A stretch of DNA of 54,242 nucleotides from Prochlorococcaceae cyanobacterium (GTDB lineage: Bacteria; Cyanobacteriota; Cyanobacteriia; PCC-6307; Cyanobiaceae), in NCBI GenBank assembly GCA_049242845.1, contig JBMLOS010000123.1, positions 1 through 54,242 of the forward strand, read 5' to 3'. A model generated the notes under the pieces. The model saw nothing but the letters and a program-made list of their open reading frames with translations, ran no database searches and was not told the DNA's origin. This document shows positions 9,112 to 17,995 of this stretch, piece by piece (position 1 is the first letter of the stretch; every line of letters starts with the position of its first letter). The translations under genes and the position numbers were made by a program.

Positions 9112-9741
9112 ATGTCGAGCGGCGCCGGGCATCCCGATCCGCCCCTGCCGGTGGAGCTGATCCGGCGGTACCTGCGGCTGTTTTCCTTCTACGACCGCGA
9201 TGGCGACGGCCGCCACACCCTGCAGGGCGACTTCGATCCCGTGGCCCAGCAGATCGCCGGGCGCTGGCAGGGCCGCCGCTCCCCCTTCCCGGATCTGTTG
9301 CAGCTGCTGCTCGACACCTACCGCCACGAGAACGAGCGCCGCGACCTCGACCATGACGGCCAGGTGGACCGGCAGGAGTTCGTGGCCTCCCACGGGCGGG
9401 TGTTCCAGGCCTTCCGCCGCGACCCGGAGGCCGCGAGGCGGTTCATGGCCCAGGCCGCCGGCGGCTTCTTCGACGTTCTCGACCTCGATGGCGACGGCCT
9501 GCTCCGCCTGGACGACCTGGCCGCCTTCGCCGCCGCCTACGGCCACTCCACCGATGGGATCGCCGCCAACCTGAACGCCATGCTCGCCGCCCTCCAGCTG
9601 CCGCCGGGCCAGCTGCCGCGCCCGGCGTTCCTGACCCTGGTGGAGCAGTACTGGTTCGATCCCTCTCCCGAGGCCCCCGGCCGCCTCCTCTTCGATGGGC
9701 TGGGGCTCACGGCCCGCCCGGAGCTCAACCCACCGGACTGA
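9112..9741 (+). CDS. EF-hand calcium-binding protein (calerythrin/SCP-like)
   Basis: ATG 9112; loops DRDGDGRHTLQGD, DLDHDGQVDRQE and DLDGDGLLRLDD; SCP-like tail YWFDPSPEAPGRLLF. Confidence 0.85.
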   Translation: MSSGAGHPDPPLPVELIRRYLRLFSFYDRDGDGRHTLQGDFDPVAQQIAGRWQGRRSPFPDLLQLLLDTYRHENERRDLDHDGQVDRQEFVASHGRVFQAFRRDPEAARRFMAQAAGGFFDVLDLDGDGLLRLDDLAAFAAAYGHSTDGIAANLNAMLAALQLPPGQLPRPAFLTLVEQYWFDPSPEAPGRLLFDGLGLTARPELNPPD

Positions 9742-12586
9742 TCGCCACCACCTGGTCGCGGCCCTGCTGCTTGGCGGCATACATGGCCGCATCGGCCCGG
9801 GCGATCAGCGCATCGATCGATTCGTGCTCCTCGGCCAGGGCCACGCCCACGCTCAGGGTGATCTGAACCTCGCCCTCGGGGAGCGGCACCGGTTCGCTGG
9901 CCAGCCGCCGCACCTTCTCGGCGATGGCGATCGCATCCTCGAGGCCCTGCAGACCGGGCAGCACCACCAGCAGTTCATCACCGCCGATACGGGCCGCCAG
10001 ATCGGAGCCCCGCAGGCAGGAGCGCACCCGGTAGGCCATGGCCTGCAGCACGGCATCGCCACCCTGGTGGCCGTAGGTGTCGTTCACGCTCTTGAAGCGA
10101 TCGAGATCGCAGAACAGCACGGCCATCTGCCGTCCCCGCCGCTGTTCGGGGCCGCTGAGCTGCTGGATCTGGCGGAACACCTCCTCCCGGTTGAGCAGGG
10201 TGGTGAGGCTGTCGGTGCTGGCCCGGCGTTCGAGTTCCCGCTCGGCCGCCATTTCGTTGTCGATCAGGCGGCAGGTGCACACCTCGCCCGCCGGCTCGCC
10301 GGCGGTATCGAGGAAGGGGCTCCAGCGGCTCGCGAGCCTGGGCAGGCGGCCCTGGCGGTCGCGCACCTGAGGGCGGCTGGTCTGGGGCGATGCCGGGCGC
10401 CAGGCATCGCGGGGGATTGGGTCGGCGCCGATCGCGGCGAGCATCTCCCCCTTCGGCCGGCCGATCCAGTCGCCGGGGTCCCAGCCCAGCATCGTGCGGA
10501 GCGAGGGGGAGATCCACCGCACCGTGCCGTCGCCGCCGAAGTGAACCACCACATCACTGGCGTTCTCGGCCAGCAGCCGGAACTGCTCCTCCGAGGCGGC
10601 CAGAAGCCGCATGGATTCGGCGCGTTCGGTCACATCCCGGAAGATGACGCTGAGCTCGTCGCCCACCTTCACCACACGGATGTCGAACTGGCGTGGGCCT
10701 CCCTGCCGCTCGTGCTGGTTGTATTCGAAATCATCGAGAACCAGGGGCTCGCCGGTGGCCAGCACCTGCAGGTACCGATCGAAGAGTCCGTTCTCGACAT
10801 GTCCCGGCCAGAACTGCCGCAGGGTGGCCCCCACGAACTCCTCCGGGGACATGCCGTTGTAGGCGGAGGCGGCAGGGTTGGCCCGCAGGATGCGCAGATC
10901 CGTGATCCGCCCCGCCTCGTCCCGCACCGGCCCGAGCAGCACATGGGGATCCAACAGGGAATCAAGGGTGGTGCTCAGCAGGTGCTGTTCCGCCGCCAGC
11001 CGCTCCTGGGTGTTCACCAGTTCGGTGACGTCGTAGTTCACCCCAAGGATGCGCACCACCCGGCCTTCTCCATCGAGGAACCCGCGCGACGCGGCCTGGA
11101 TGTAGCGCACCGAGCCATCGGGCCAGAGCACCCGGAAACGGATGGCGTAGTCCCGCTCTCCGCGCACGGCCGCCTGCAGTTCGCCCTCCGCGAACGAGCG
11201 GTCATCGGGATGCACCGTCTGCGCCCAGGCTTCCACCGCACCGGAGAACTGATCAGGCTGCACCCCATAGAGGCGGTACATCACCGGATCCCAGGTGAGC
11301 ACATCTTCCACTGGATCCCAGTCCCACACGCCCACCACACCGGCGGCGGCGGCGGCCTCGATGGAATCGCTCTTGGCCACGATCTCGGTCACGTCGGCCA
11401 GCTCCACCAGCACGTGCGTGAGCGCCCAGGCCTCATCCCGCAGGTTGCTGATCCGCAGATCTCCCCAGCCGGCGGGCCGTTTGTCCTGAGCCAGCCGCAG
11501 CCGCAGGCGCAGGCGGTACTGGTCGCGCTCGCCGCGCAGCAGGGCAGCCAGGGCGGCGCGATCGAGCGTTTCCGCAGGCGAGGGCCCCGGGCCTGCCGAA
11601 CCCGGCTGCTGCCGGAGCAGACCCTCGAGCGCCTGCCCCAGGGTGGTGGCCTGCAGGGCCTCGGCATCGGCGCCCAGTTCGGTGCGGAGTTCCTGGTTGG
11701 TGAGCAGGAAGCGGCCCGTGCCCGGCGCACAGAGGGCCAGACCCAGGTGGGTCTGCTCCAGGGTGCGGCGCAGCAGCGCTTCGGAGCGGGCCCGGGCCTC
11801 CTCGGCCGCCACCTGGCTGGAGATGTCGATCACCTGGCCGATGAAATACTCCACCCCCCCGTCCGCGCGTCGCACGCAGGAGAGGGTCAGATCCGTCCAG
11901 AGCGGGGAGCCATCGGCGTGCAGGTAGCGCTTGCGGATCCGGAAGCTGGCCCGTCGGTTCGCGAGCATCTCTTCCACCAGAACCCGCTCCTGCGCCGCAT
12001 CGTCCGGGTGGGTGATCTCGGTCCAGGAGAGAGTCCGCAGGGTGTCGGCGTCGCGGCCGAGCATGGTGCAGAGGGCGGGATTGCAGCGCAGCAGCCTTCC
12101 GCGCGCATCCGCCATGCCGATGCCGGCGGCGGCGTTGTCGATCGTGAGGCGCAGGGTCTCCTCCGCCTGGCGACGCGCCTCCAGCTCACGGCAGCGCTGG
12201 GCCGAGAGGCGCAGCGCCAGCAGCGCCACACCGGTGAGGGCCAGCAGACGGGTGCCGAAATCGAGCGAGGGGAAGACGCCGTGCCTGCTGGCCGCAACGA
12301 CCGTCAGCACCCAGGCCTCGCCGAGCAGCGGCCACATCTGGCGGGGGGTGGCGACATTCGCGGCCAGCACCACCAGCACGAAGTAGTAGGGCAGCAGCGG
12401 AACGCTGGGCGGCAGCAGCAGATCCACCAGAAACAGGGCCGCCATCGCCAGGGCCAGGATCCCGAGCAGGCGCCTGCTCGCGGCGGACGAGGTGCGGGGC
12501 GGACGACTCTGGTGCATGGCCCCGGGTGATACGCGCAGAGTGGTCCCTCCCCAGTGTGCAGAAGGCGGCTGGAGAAGCCACGGCAC
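9725..12586 (-). CDS. Membrane-anchored multi-PAS diguanylate cyclase
   Basis: N-terminal hydrophobic helices and several PAS/PAC repeats (ITHPDD, VHPDD, WISPS); DSLTTLLNR, DLDRFKSVNDTYGHQGGD, RGSD I-site, RIGGDEL and ADAAMYAAK. Alternative start ATG 12517. Confidence 0.93.
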   Translation of the reverse strand: MPWLLQPPSAHWGGTTLRVSPGAMHQSRPPRTSSAASRRLLGILALAMAALFLVDLLLPPSVPLLPYYFVLVVLAANVATPRQMWPLLGEAWVLTVVAASRHGVFPSLDFGTRLLALTGVALLALRLSAQRCRELEARRQAEETLRLTIDNAAAGIGMADARGRLLRCNPALCTMLGRDADTLRTLSWTEITHPDDAAQERVLVEEMLANRRASFRIRKRYLHADGSPLWTDLTLSCVRRADGGVEYFIGQVIDISSQVAAEEARARSEALLRRTLEQTHLGLALCAPGTGRFLLTNQELRTELGADAEALQATTLGQALEGLLRQQPGSAGPGPSPAETLDRAALAALLRGERDQYRLRLRLRLAQDKRPAGWGDLRISNLRDEAWALTHVLVELADVTEIVAKSDSIEAAAAAGVVGVWDWDPVEDVLTWDPVMYRLYGVQPDQFSGAVEAWAQTVHPDDRSFAEGELQAAVRGERDYAIRFRVLWPDGSVRYIQAASRGFLDGEGRVVRILGVNYDVTELVNTQERLAAEQHLLSTTLDSLLDPHVLLGPVRDEAGRITDLRILRANPAASAYNGMSPEEFVGATLRQFWPGHVENGLFDRYLQVLATGEPLVLDDFEYNQHERQGGPRQFDIRVVKVGDELSVIFRDVTERAESMRLLAASEEQFRLLAENASDVVVHFGGDGTVRWISPSLRTMLGWDPGDWIGRPKGEMLAAIGADPIPRDAWRPASPQTSRPQVRDRQGRLPRLASRWSPFLDTAGEPAGEVCTCRLIDNEMAAERELERRASTDSLTTLLNREEVFRQIQQLSGPEQRRGRQMAVLFCDLDRFKSVNDTYGHQGGDAVLQAMAYRVRSCLRGSDLAARIGGDELLVVLPGLQGLEDAIAIAEKVRRLASEPVPLPEGEVQITLSVGVALAEEHESIDALIARADAAMYAAKQQGRDQVVAISPVG

Positions 12587-12589
12587 CGC

Positions 12590-13915
12590 TCAGAGGGGCG
12601 TGGCGTCGCGGACGCTCTCGAACAGGTCAATGTCCCAGGCCACGAGGTCGCGGCGGATCGCGTCCGCGCGGGAGCGGGGCAGCCGCAGGGCCAGATCCTC
12701 ACCGGTGAGCACCCCGCAGAGCTCGCCGCCGTCCTCCCGCAGGAATGCGAGGGCGTGCCAGGTGAGGATCGCGGCCCCCACGGCGGTGGGATAGGAGATG
12801 TAGGTGGCGCCGGCGTAGGGGCTGTTCAGCAGGCCGCGATAGCGCAGGTAACTCACCCCCACCGTTTCGATCGTGCTCTGCCGATCGTTGCGCACGTGCT
12901 CGGTGTAGCGGATCTCGGCGGAGGCGGCGAAATGGGCACGCCGGATCACCCCCTCGCGCAGGTAATCCTCAATCCGGCGCGGTTTGTTCATGCCCGGCAG
13001 GATCGCCCGCACCATCGCCTCCACCGTGAGTTCGCTCTGCTGCGGCAGGGTGCGCTTGGAGAGCAGATTCAGCTGGAACAGGGCTTTCACCAGCTCCACC
13101 TCGGATCCGCCCGTGTAGATGCCGATCGAGCCGATCTCCGGGAAGGAGCGGTGCAGCGAAAGCAGCTCCTCCTGATAGAGGGGGTACTGGCGCGTCGGGG
13201 CCACCTCGTGGGGAAAGCTGTGGTCCCGCGCGGCACTGAAGGGCTCCAGCACCTGCAGGCGCCCCTCCCGCAGCAGCCGGGGCCGGGCCGCCAGTTCCTC
13301 CAGCGCCACCAGCGGCGACCAGGAGAACACGACCTCGTCGGAGTCGATGTCCTCCAGCAGGTAGAGGTCCACGCTCTCGATCTGCAGATCCCGGCGGCGG
13401 GCGGAGCGCAGTTCATGCAGCCGCAGGCCGATCAGGAAGTTGGTGACGCCGGGGGAGATGCCCAGGTTGATCAGGGCGGCACGGCCCGCGCCGCGGAAGG
13501 CCTCCTCGAAGCGGTACTGGGAGAAGGTGAGAGTGCGCTCGGTCTCGGCGTCGTACATGTCCGAGGCCAGATCCATGGTGTGGGCCCCGAGGCGCAGGCC
13601 GAGCTCCAGGATCGGCTCGTTGAACACCGGATGGGCCGCATTCACCAGCAGATCGGCGGCCTGCAGCCGCTCCCGCTGGGGCGAATCGAGGGCGAACACC
13701 TCGGCGAAATCCGCCACCCCCACGAAATCGATCCGATCGAACAGGCGCTCGGCGTGGAAGAGGGCATCGCGGGCCAGATCCGGGTTCAGCACCACCACCA
13801 CGCAGCGCAGATCCACCCCATCCCGCTCGGCCAGCTCCGCCAGGCAGATCAGCAGCGAGGAGCCCACCGCCCCAAGCCCGAAGAACACGATCCGCAGCGT
13901 GGGGGAAGAGTCCAT
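12590..13915 (-). CDS. Saccharopine dehydrogenase / carboxy(nor)spermidine dehydrogenase-like NAD(P)-dependent oxidoreductase
   Basis: Rossmann GLGAVG, LVNAA, MDLASD, LGISPGVTN and FSWSP..LEE motifs of the Sacchrp_dh family. Confidence 0.78.
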   Translation of the reverse strand: MDSSPTLRIVFFGLGAVGSSLLICLAELAERDGVDLRCVVVVLNPDLARDALFHAERLFDRIDFVGVADFAEVFALDSPQRERLQAADLLVNAAHPVFNEPILELGLRLGAHTMDLASDMYDAETERTLTFSQYRFEEAFRGAGRAALINLGISPGVTNFLIGLRLHELRSARRRDLQIESVDLYLLEDIDSDEVVFSWSPLVALEELAARPRLLREGRLQVLEPFSAARDHSFPHEVAPTRQYPLYQEELLSLHRSFPEIGSIGIYTGGSEVELVKALFQLNLLSKRTLPQQSELTVEAMVRAILPGMNKPRRIEDYLREGVIRRAHFAASAEIRYTEHVRNDRQSTIETVGVSYLRYRGLLNSPYAGATYISYPTAVGAAILTWHALAFLREDGGELCGVLTGEDLALRLPRSRADAIRRDLVAWDIDLFESVRDATPL

Positions 13916-13918
13916 GGG

Positions 13919-14935
13919 TCAGCCGGCCTGCTGCCATTGGCGCAGCAGATCCTCCAGCACCTCGGGGGAGGGGGCCGGCAGGTGGCGCACCCGATCGGCG
14001 GCGGGGCTGCCCCCGCCCAGGCCGGCCGCATCGCGGAAGCCGTGGCTGCTCAGCACGCGGCGGCCCTCCTCGCTGCGCAGGAAATCCACCAGGCGGCTGC
14101 CGTCCTCCTCGCGGCCCTGCCCCTCGCCCCGCAGCACCGCGGCGGCAAGCACCGTTTCCATCGTGGGATCGGGCACCAGCAGGCGGTATCCCCCGGGCCA
14201 GCGCCGGCTGGCCTCCCCCTGCCGCGCCAGGGCCGGGGCCTCGTAGACCATCGCCAGATCGCCCTCATTGGGGCCACCGCTGATGAACTCCTGCAGCAGG
14301 ATGTCGGTGGAGCGCGCCGGCCGGTACACCGCCCGCTTCAGCAGGGCCACCGCGGCAGCGCCTGGCTCGGCACGGCTCCAGAGGGCCAGGGTGAGCTGGC
14401 CGGAATTGGAGCGCAGCGGATCGGTGAGCCGCAGATCGAAGCTGCCCCACGCCGGCGGAGCGCCGAGGGCGGCCCAGCGTCCGGCGGCCAGGGCCTGCCG
14501 CAGCCGACCCCAGGAGAAGCGGCCATCGGGGAACAGCCGCCCCGCCCGCTCCGGCCAGGCCACCGCCACCAGCAGGGTGCGGGCGATCGGCAGGGGGGCG
14601 CCGCGGAAGGGCTCGCCCTCCCCGCGGGCCTGCACCGCCCGGGCATAGATCTCCAGCTGGTCGCGGTTCGAGGGGATCAGCACCCGTGGCCGTTCCGGCC
14701 CCGCATCGAGGCTGGCGTTCACCATGTCCTGGGCGCCCATCACCCGCCAGCGCAGGTCGATGCCGCCGTGGCGCTGCTCGAACAGCGGTTCGATCTGCCG
14801 CAGCGGCTCCTCCAGCTCCGAGCCCACCACCACCAGCAGGGGGCGCCGCAGGCCCGGCAGGGGGGCCGTGGCCAGCGCCAGCCCCAGGGCAGCGATGCCG
14901 AGGGAGAGGAGGCGACGGCGGCTCAGCAGACTCAC
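13919..14935 (-). CDS. Extracellular solute-binding-fold protein (SBP_bac_11-like, vWA-associated type)
   Basis: GTG 14935; SRRRLL Tat-like signal; VVVGSELEE, IARTLLVAVAW, TDPLRSNSG and ARSTDILLQEF motifs. Confidence 0.8.
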   Translation of the reverse strand: MSLLSRRRLLSLGIAALGLALATAPLPGLRRPLLVVVGSELEEPLRQIEPLFEQRHGGIDLRWRVMGAQDMVNASLDAGPERPRVLIPSNRDQLEIYARAVQARGEGEPFRGAPLPIARTLLVAVAWPERAGRLFPDGRFSWGRLRQALAAGRWAALGAPPAWGSFDLRLTDPLRSNSGQLTLALWSRAEPGAAAVALLKRAVYRPARSTDILLQEFISGGPNEGDLAMVYEAPALARQGEASRRWPGGYRLLVPDPTMETVLAAAVLRGEGQGREEDGSRLVDFLRSEEGRRVLSSHGFRDAAGLGGGSPAADRVRHLPAPSPEVLEDLLRQWQQAG

Positions 14936-15007
14936 CGACCGATCCGGAACTGCATGCAGTCTGCAGGGATCCAGGCGGATCAGAATGGGGCACCGCCGCG
15001 GGATCCG

Positions 15008-16690
15008 ATGCGCCGCCCAGTGATGCGCCTGCCCCTGGCCGTGCTGCTGCTGGCCCCCCTGGCGGGATGCAACCGGCTGGGCGGGCCCCAGCTCGAGATC
15101 CCCATGCTGGTGGGCAGCGCCCTCGGCCGGTTCTGCCAGCAGGCCGCCGAGGCGATTGCCCGCCAGCCGCCCCGCCTCGATGACGGCACCCGGGTGCTGC
15201 TGCGCTGCCGCGCCGCCGGCAGCGGCGATGTGGTGAACGAGATCGAACGCCACGCCCGGGCCGTGCTCCAGGGCGGCGCGCCCGCCGACGACCCGGCGAT
15301 CCCGGTGCTGCTGTCGGTGGATGGGGAGATCTATCTGGAACTGCTGCGCCACCGGCTGCAGGCCCTCGCCCCCAGCCGCGAGCTGATCCCGGCCCCCGCC
15401 GATGTCCCGGCGCTGGCCAGCAGCCCGATGGTGTTCATGACCACCCCCGCCCTGGCGAAGGGTCTGCAGGGCAAGGCTCCCTTCCAGTCCCTGGCCCGCA
15501 GCCGCGATCACCGCCAGCTCGATCCGGCGGCGCCGCCCCAGGCGATCCGCTTCGTCCACACGGCGCCCACCCGCTCCAATTCCGGCCTGCAGACCCTGGT
15601 GGCGATGTACGCGGAGGTGGCGGGCAAGCCGCCGGAGGCCCTCACCCTGGCCGACGTGCAGCGCCACGCCCCCGCTGTGGCGGCGATCGAGCGGCATGTG
15701 ACCCGCTACGGCAGCTCCACCGATGAACTGGCCCGGGCCATGCAGCGCAACGGCCCCTTCTGGGCCACGGTGGCCTCGGTGTACGAGTCGTCGGTGGTGG
15801 GGGTGAACAGCCAGCGCAGCGGCTCCCAGGAACTGCTGCAGGCGGTGTATCCCTCCTCCACCTATGCGAGCACGATGCGGGCCATCCTGCCGAAGGCCCC
15901 CTGGGTGTCCGCCCAGGAGAAGGCGGCGGCGGAGCTGCTGATCCAGCGGCTCCAGAGCCCCGAGATCCAGCGGCTGGCAGCGGATCAGGGTCTGCGGCCC
16001 GCCAATCCCGCCGTGCCCGCCAGCCGGGTGGTGCCGGCCTACGGCGTCGATCCCCGGGCGGTCTACGACTCCCTGCGGGCGCCGCAGCCGGCGGTGGTGG
16101 AGGCGATGATCCGCACCTGGCGCGATCTGGTGAAGAAGCCCTCGCGCGTGGCGCTGGTGGTGGACAGCTCCGGCTCGATGAGCGGCGACAAACTCCCCTC
16201 CGCCCAGCGGAGCCTGCAGGCCTACCTGCGCCAGATCGGCCCGCGGGACACCGTGGGGCTGATCGACTTCGACAACCGCCTGCAGGAGCCGGTGGTGATC
16301 CGCGGCGGTCCGGAGGGGGCCGCCCAGGGCCAGGCCTTCGTGGAGGGCCTCGTGGCCGACGGCGGCACCCGGCTGCACGATGCGGTGTTCGGGGCGCGGG
16401 AGTGGCTGCGCCGCACCCGCCAGCCGGGCGAGATCCTGGCGGTGGTGGTGCTCACCGATGGCCAGGATCAGGGCTCGAACCTCAGCCTCGAGGGCCTCAA
16501 GGCCGAGCTCAAGCGCAGCGGCTTCAGCGGGGATGAGCGCATCGGCGTGTTCACGATCGGCTACGGCAACACCGGCGACTACGACGCCGATGTGCTGCGC
16601 CAGATCGCCGAGAGCAACGGCGGGGAATTCACCCAGGGCACGCCCGAGAGCATCCTCCGCCGGATGGAGGATCTGCAGATGGCCTTCTGA
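15008..16690 (+). CDS. Lipoprotein with SBP-fold domain and C-terminal vWA (MIDAS) domain
   Basis: Lipobox LAGC; TAPTRSNSG SBP motif; MIDAS DSSGS, GGT and LTDG. Start ATG 15008 or 15023. Confidence 0.88.
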   Translation: MRRPVMRLPLAVLLLAPLAGCNRLGGPQLEIPMLVGSALGRFCQQAAEAIARQPPRLDDGTRVLLRCRAAGSGDVVNEIERHARAVLQGGAPADDPAIPVLLSVDGEIYLELLRHRLQALAPSRELIPAPADVPALASSPMVFMTTPALAKGLQGKAPFQSLARSRDHRQLDPAAPPQAIRFVHTAPTRSNSGLQTLVAMYAEVAGKPPEALTLADVQRHAPAVAAIERHVTRYGSSTDELARAMQRNGPFWATVASVYESSVVGVNSQRSGSQELLQAVYPSSTYASTMRAILPKAPWVSAQEKAAAELLIQRLQSPEIQRLAADQGLRPANPAVPASRVVPAYGVDPRAVYDSLRAPQPAVVEAMIRTWRDLVKKPSRVALVVDSSGSMSGDKLPSAQRSLQAYLRQIGPRDTVGLIDFDNRLQEPVVIRGGPEGAAQGQAFVEGLVADGGTRLHDAVFGAREWLRRTRQPGEILAVVVLTDGQDQGSNLSLEGLKAELKRSGFSGDERIGVFTIGYGNTGDYDADVLRQIAESNGGEFTQGTPESILRRMEDLQMAF

Positions 16691-16703
16691 TGCCGACACC
16701 CGC

Positions 16704-17453
16704 GTGAGCCGCTCCAACCCCCTGGCCAATCCCCTGGATGATCCCCTGGCCGTGGCCCTCGCCGCGGTGGGGCTGGTGCTGCTGGTGCGGCTCGCCCTGC
16801 TGCCGCTGCCGGCGGCGCTGGCGGTGGCCGCGGGGGCGGGCTGGGGCCTGGCCCAGCTGCGGGAGGGGCGGCGCCACCGCGGCAGCCAGCTGCTGGAGGC
16901 ACGCCTGCGCACCCGCATTGAGGGTGCCCTCGCCCGCAGCCAGGAGCTGGCGGGGCAGGCGAACCTGGTGGCCGGCGAAGCGATGGTGCGCTTCCAGGAC
17001 AGCGACCAGCTCGAGGCGCTGGGGCTGGTGCAGCTCTGCTGCGAGCGCCTGCGGGGCCTGCCGGAGCGGATCACCCAGCGGCGCCCGCTGCTCGAATCGG
17101 GCGGTGGCGTGCTGCTCAGCAGCGAGGAACTGGGCCGCCGACTGGCGAAGGAGGAGGCGGCACTGCGGCGGGAGGAGGAGGGTCCGCTGCGGGTGGAGCG
17201 GCAGCGGCTGGTGGAGCAGCTGCGGCGCAATCTGGAGGACTCCGAGCGGGGCATGGACGAGCGGGAGGCCCGCCTGGTGGCCCTCTCCACCCGCCTCGAG
17301 CAGATTGATGGGGGCCTGCGCCACCTGCGCTCCCAGGTGGATCGCCACTGGCCCTCCAGCAGGGCGAGCGAAGCGGCGATGGCCGAAGCCCTCGCCCCGC
17401 TCGACACCGCCCTGGATCAGGTGGAACGCCTGCTCGACGAGGGCGCCCGCTGA
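16704..17453 (+). CDS. Two-TM plus cytoplasmic coiled-coil hypothetical protein (partner of the vWA-SBP gene)
   Basis: GTG 16704, 13 nt after the vWA stop; two hydrophobic helices followed by a long E/R/L-rich helical region. Confidence 0.75.
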   Translation: MSRSNPLANPLDDPLAVALAAVGLVLLVRLALLPLPAALAVAAGAGWGLAQLREGRRHRGSQLLEARLRTRIEGALARSQELAGQANLVAGEAMVRFQDSDQLEALGLVQLCCERLRGLPERITQRRPLLESGGGVLLSSEELGRRLAKEEAALRREEEGPLRVERQRLVEQLRRNLEDSERGMDEREARLVALSTRLEQIDGGLRHLRSQVDRHWPSSRASEAAMAEALAPLDTALDQVERLLDEGAR

Positions 17454-17483
17454 GGGCCGGCCCAGGAACCGTCGACCCCACCA

Positions 17484-17954
17484 TTGACGCGGCCGCGGCA
17501 GCCGCTCACCGTGGCGGCCATGGTTCCCCCGCTCGTCTGCTGCGGCCGCACGCCAGCGTTCCGGCTCGGCCTCACCGCCACGGCCACAGCCCAGGGCCTG
17601 GCCCTGGCCCTGGCCGCCGCCCCTGAAGGCCTGGCCCGGCCCGTGCCCCTGGTGGTGCAGCCCGTGGGCTCCCGCCCCCAGGCGCCGCTCTCCACCCCCA
17701 ACCGCCGGCCGGACTGGCGGCCCTACGGCCCCCTGCGGATCGACTGGTCGGCCTGGAAGCCGCTCGGGGGCAGCCTGGTGGCGCCCACCCTCAATGCCAG
17801 CGGCCGCACGATCCACCTCTCGGTGAACTGTGCGGTGGGCAAGATCAACGTGGCCGGGGCGAACGGTGCCTGGCGCGGCTGGCAGGCGCCGCAGGTGGCC
17901 TTCGAGCGGCAGCTCGTGAAGGACGCCTGCGCCGCCAGGGCCGGGAGGGGCTGA
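17484..17954 (+). CDS. Secreted hypothetical protein resembling the C-terminal domain of picocyanobacterial LysM proteins
   Basis: Signal-like segment, then WRPYGPLRIDWSAW..GGSLVAPTLN...VNC...FERQLVKDAC; start uncertain (TTG 17484 or ATG 17520). Confidence 0.6.
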   Translation: MTRPRQPLTVAAMVPPLVCCGRTPAFRLGLTATATAQGLALALAAAPEGLARPVPLVVQPVGSRPQAPLSTPNRRPDWRPYGPLRIDWSAWKPLGGSLVAPTLNASGRTIHLSVNCAVGKINVAGANGAWRGWQAPQVAFERQLVKDACAARAGRG

Positions 17955-17995
17955 ACCCCGGCCCACTTTTCAGCCCCACAGCACAGCCCCGCTGT

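Noticed and set aside
9695-12529. Very long antisense or alternate-frame ORFs (9695-12529 +, 20488-24429 +, 30388-34473 +, 41473-44115 +, and the 5' parts of 12554-16690, 13919-17407 and 45673-47874)
   Set aside because: Shadow ORFs of real genes in a very GC-rich genome: no motifs, and composition typical of reverse-frame translation.
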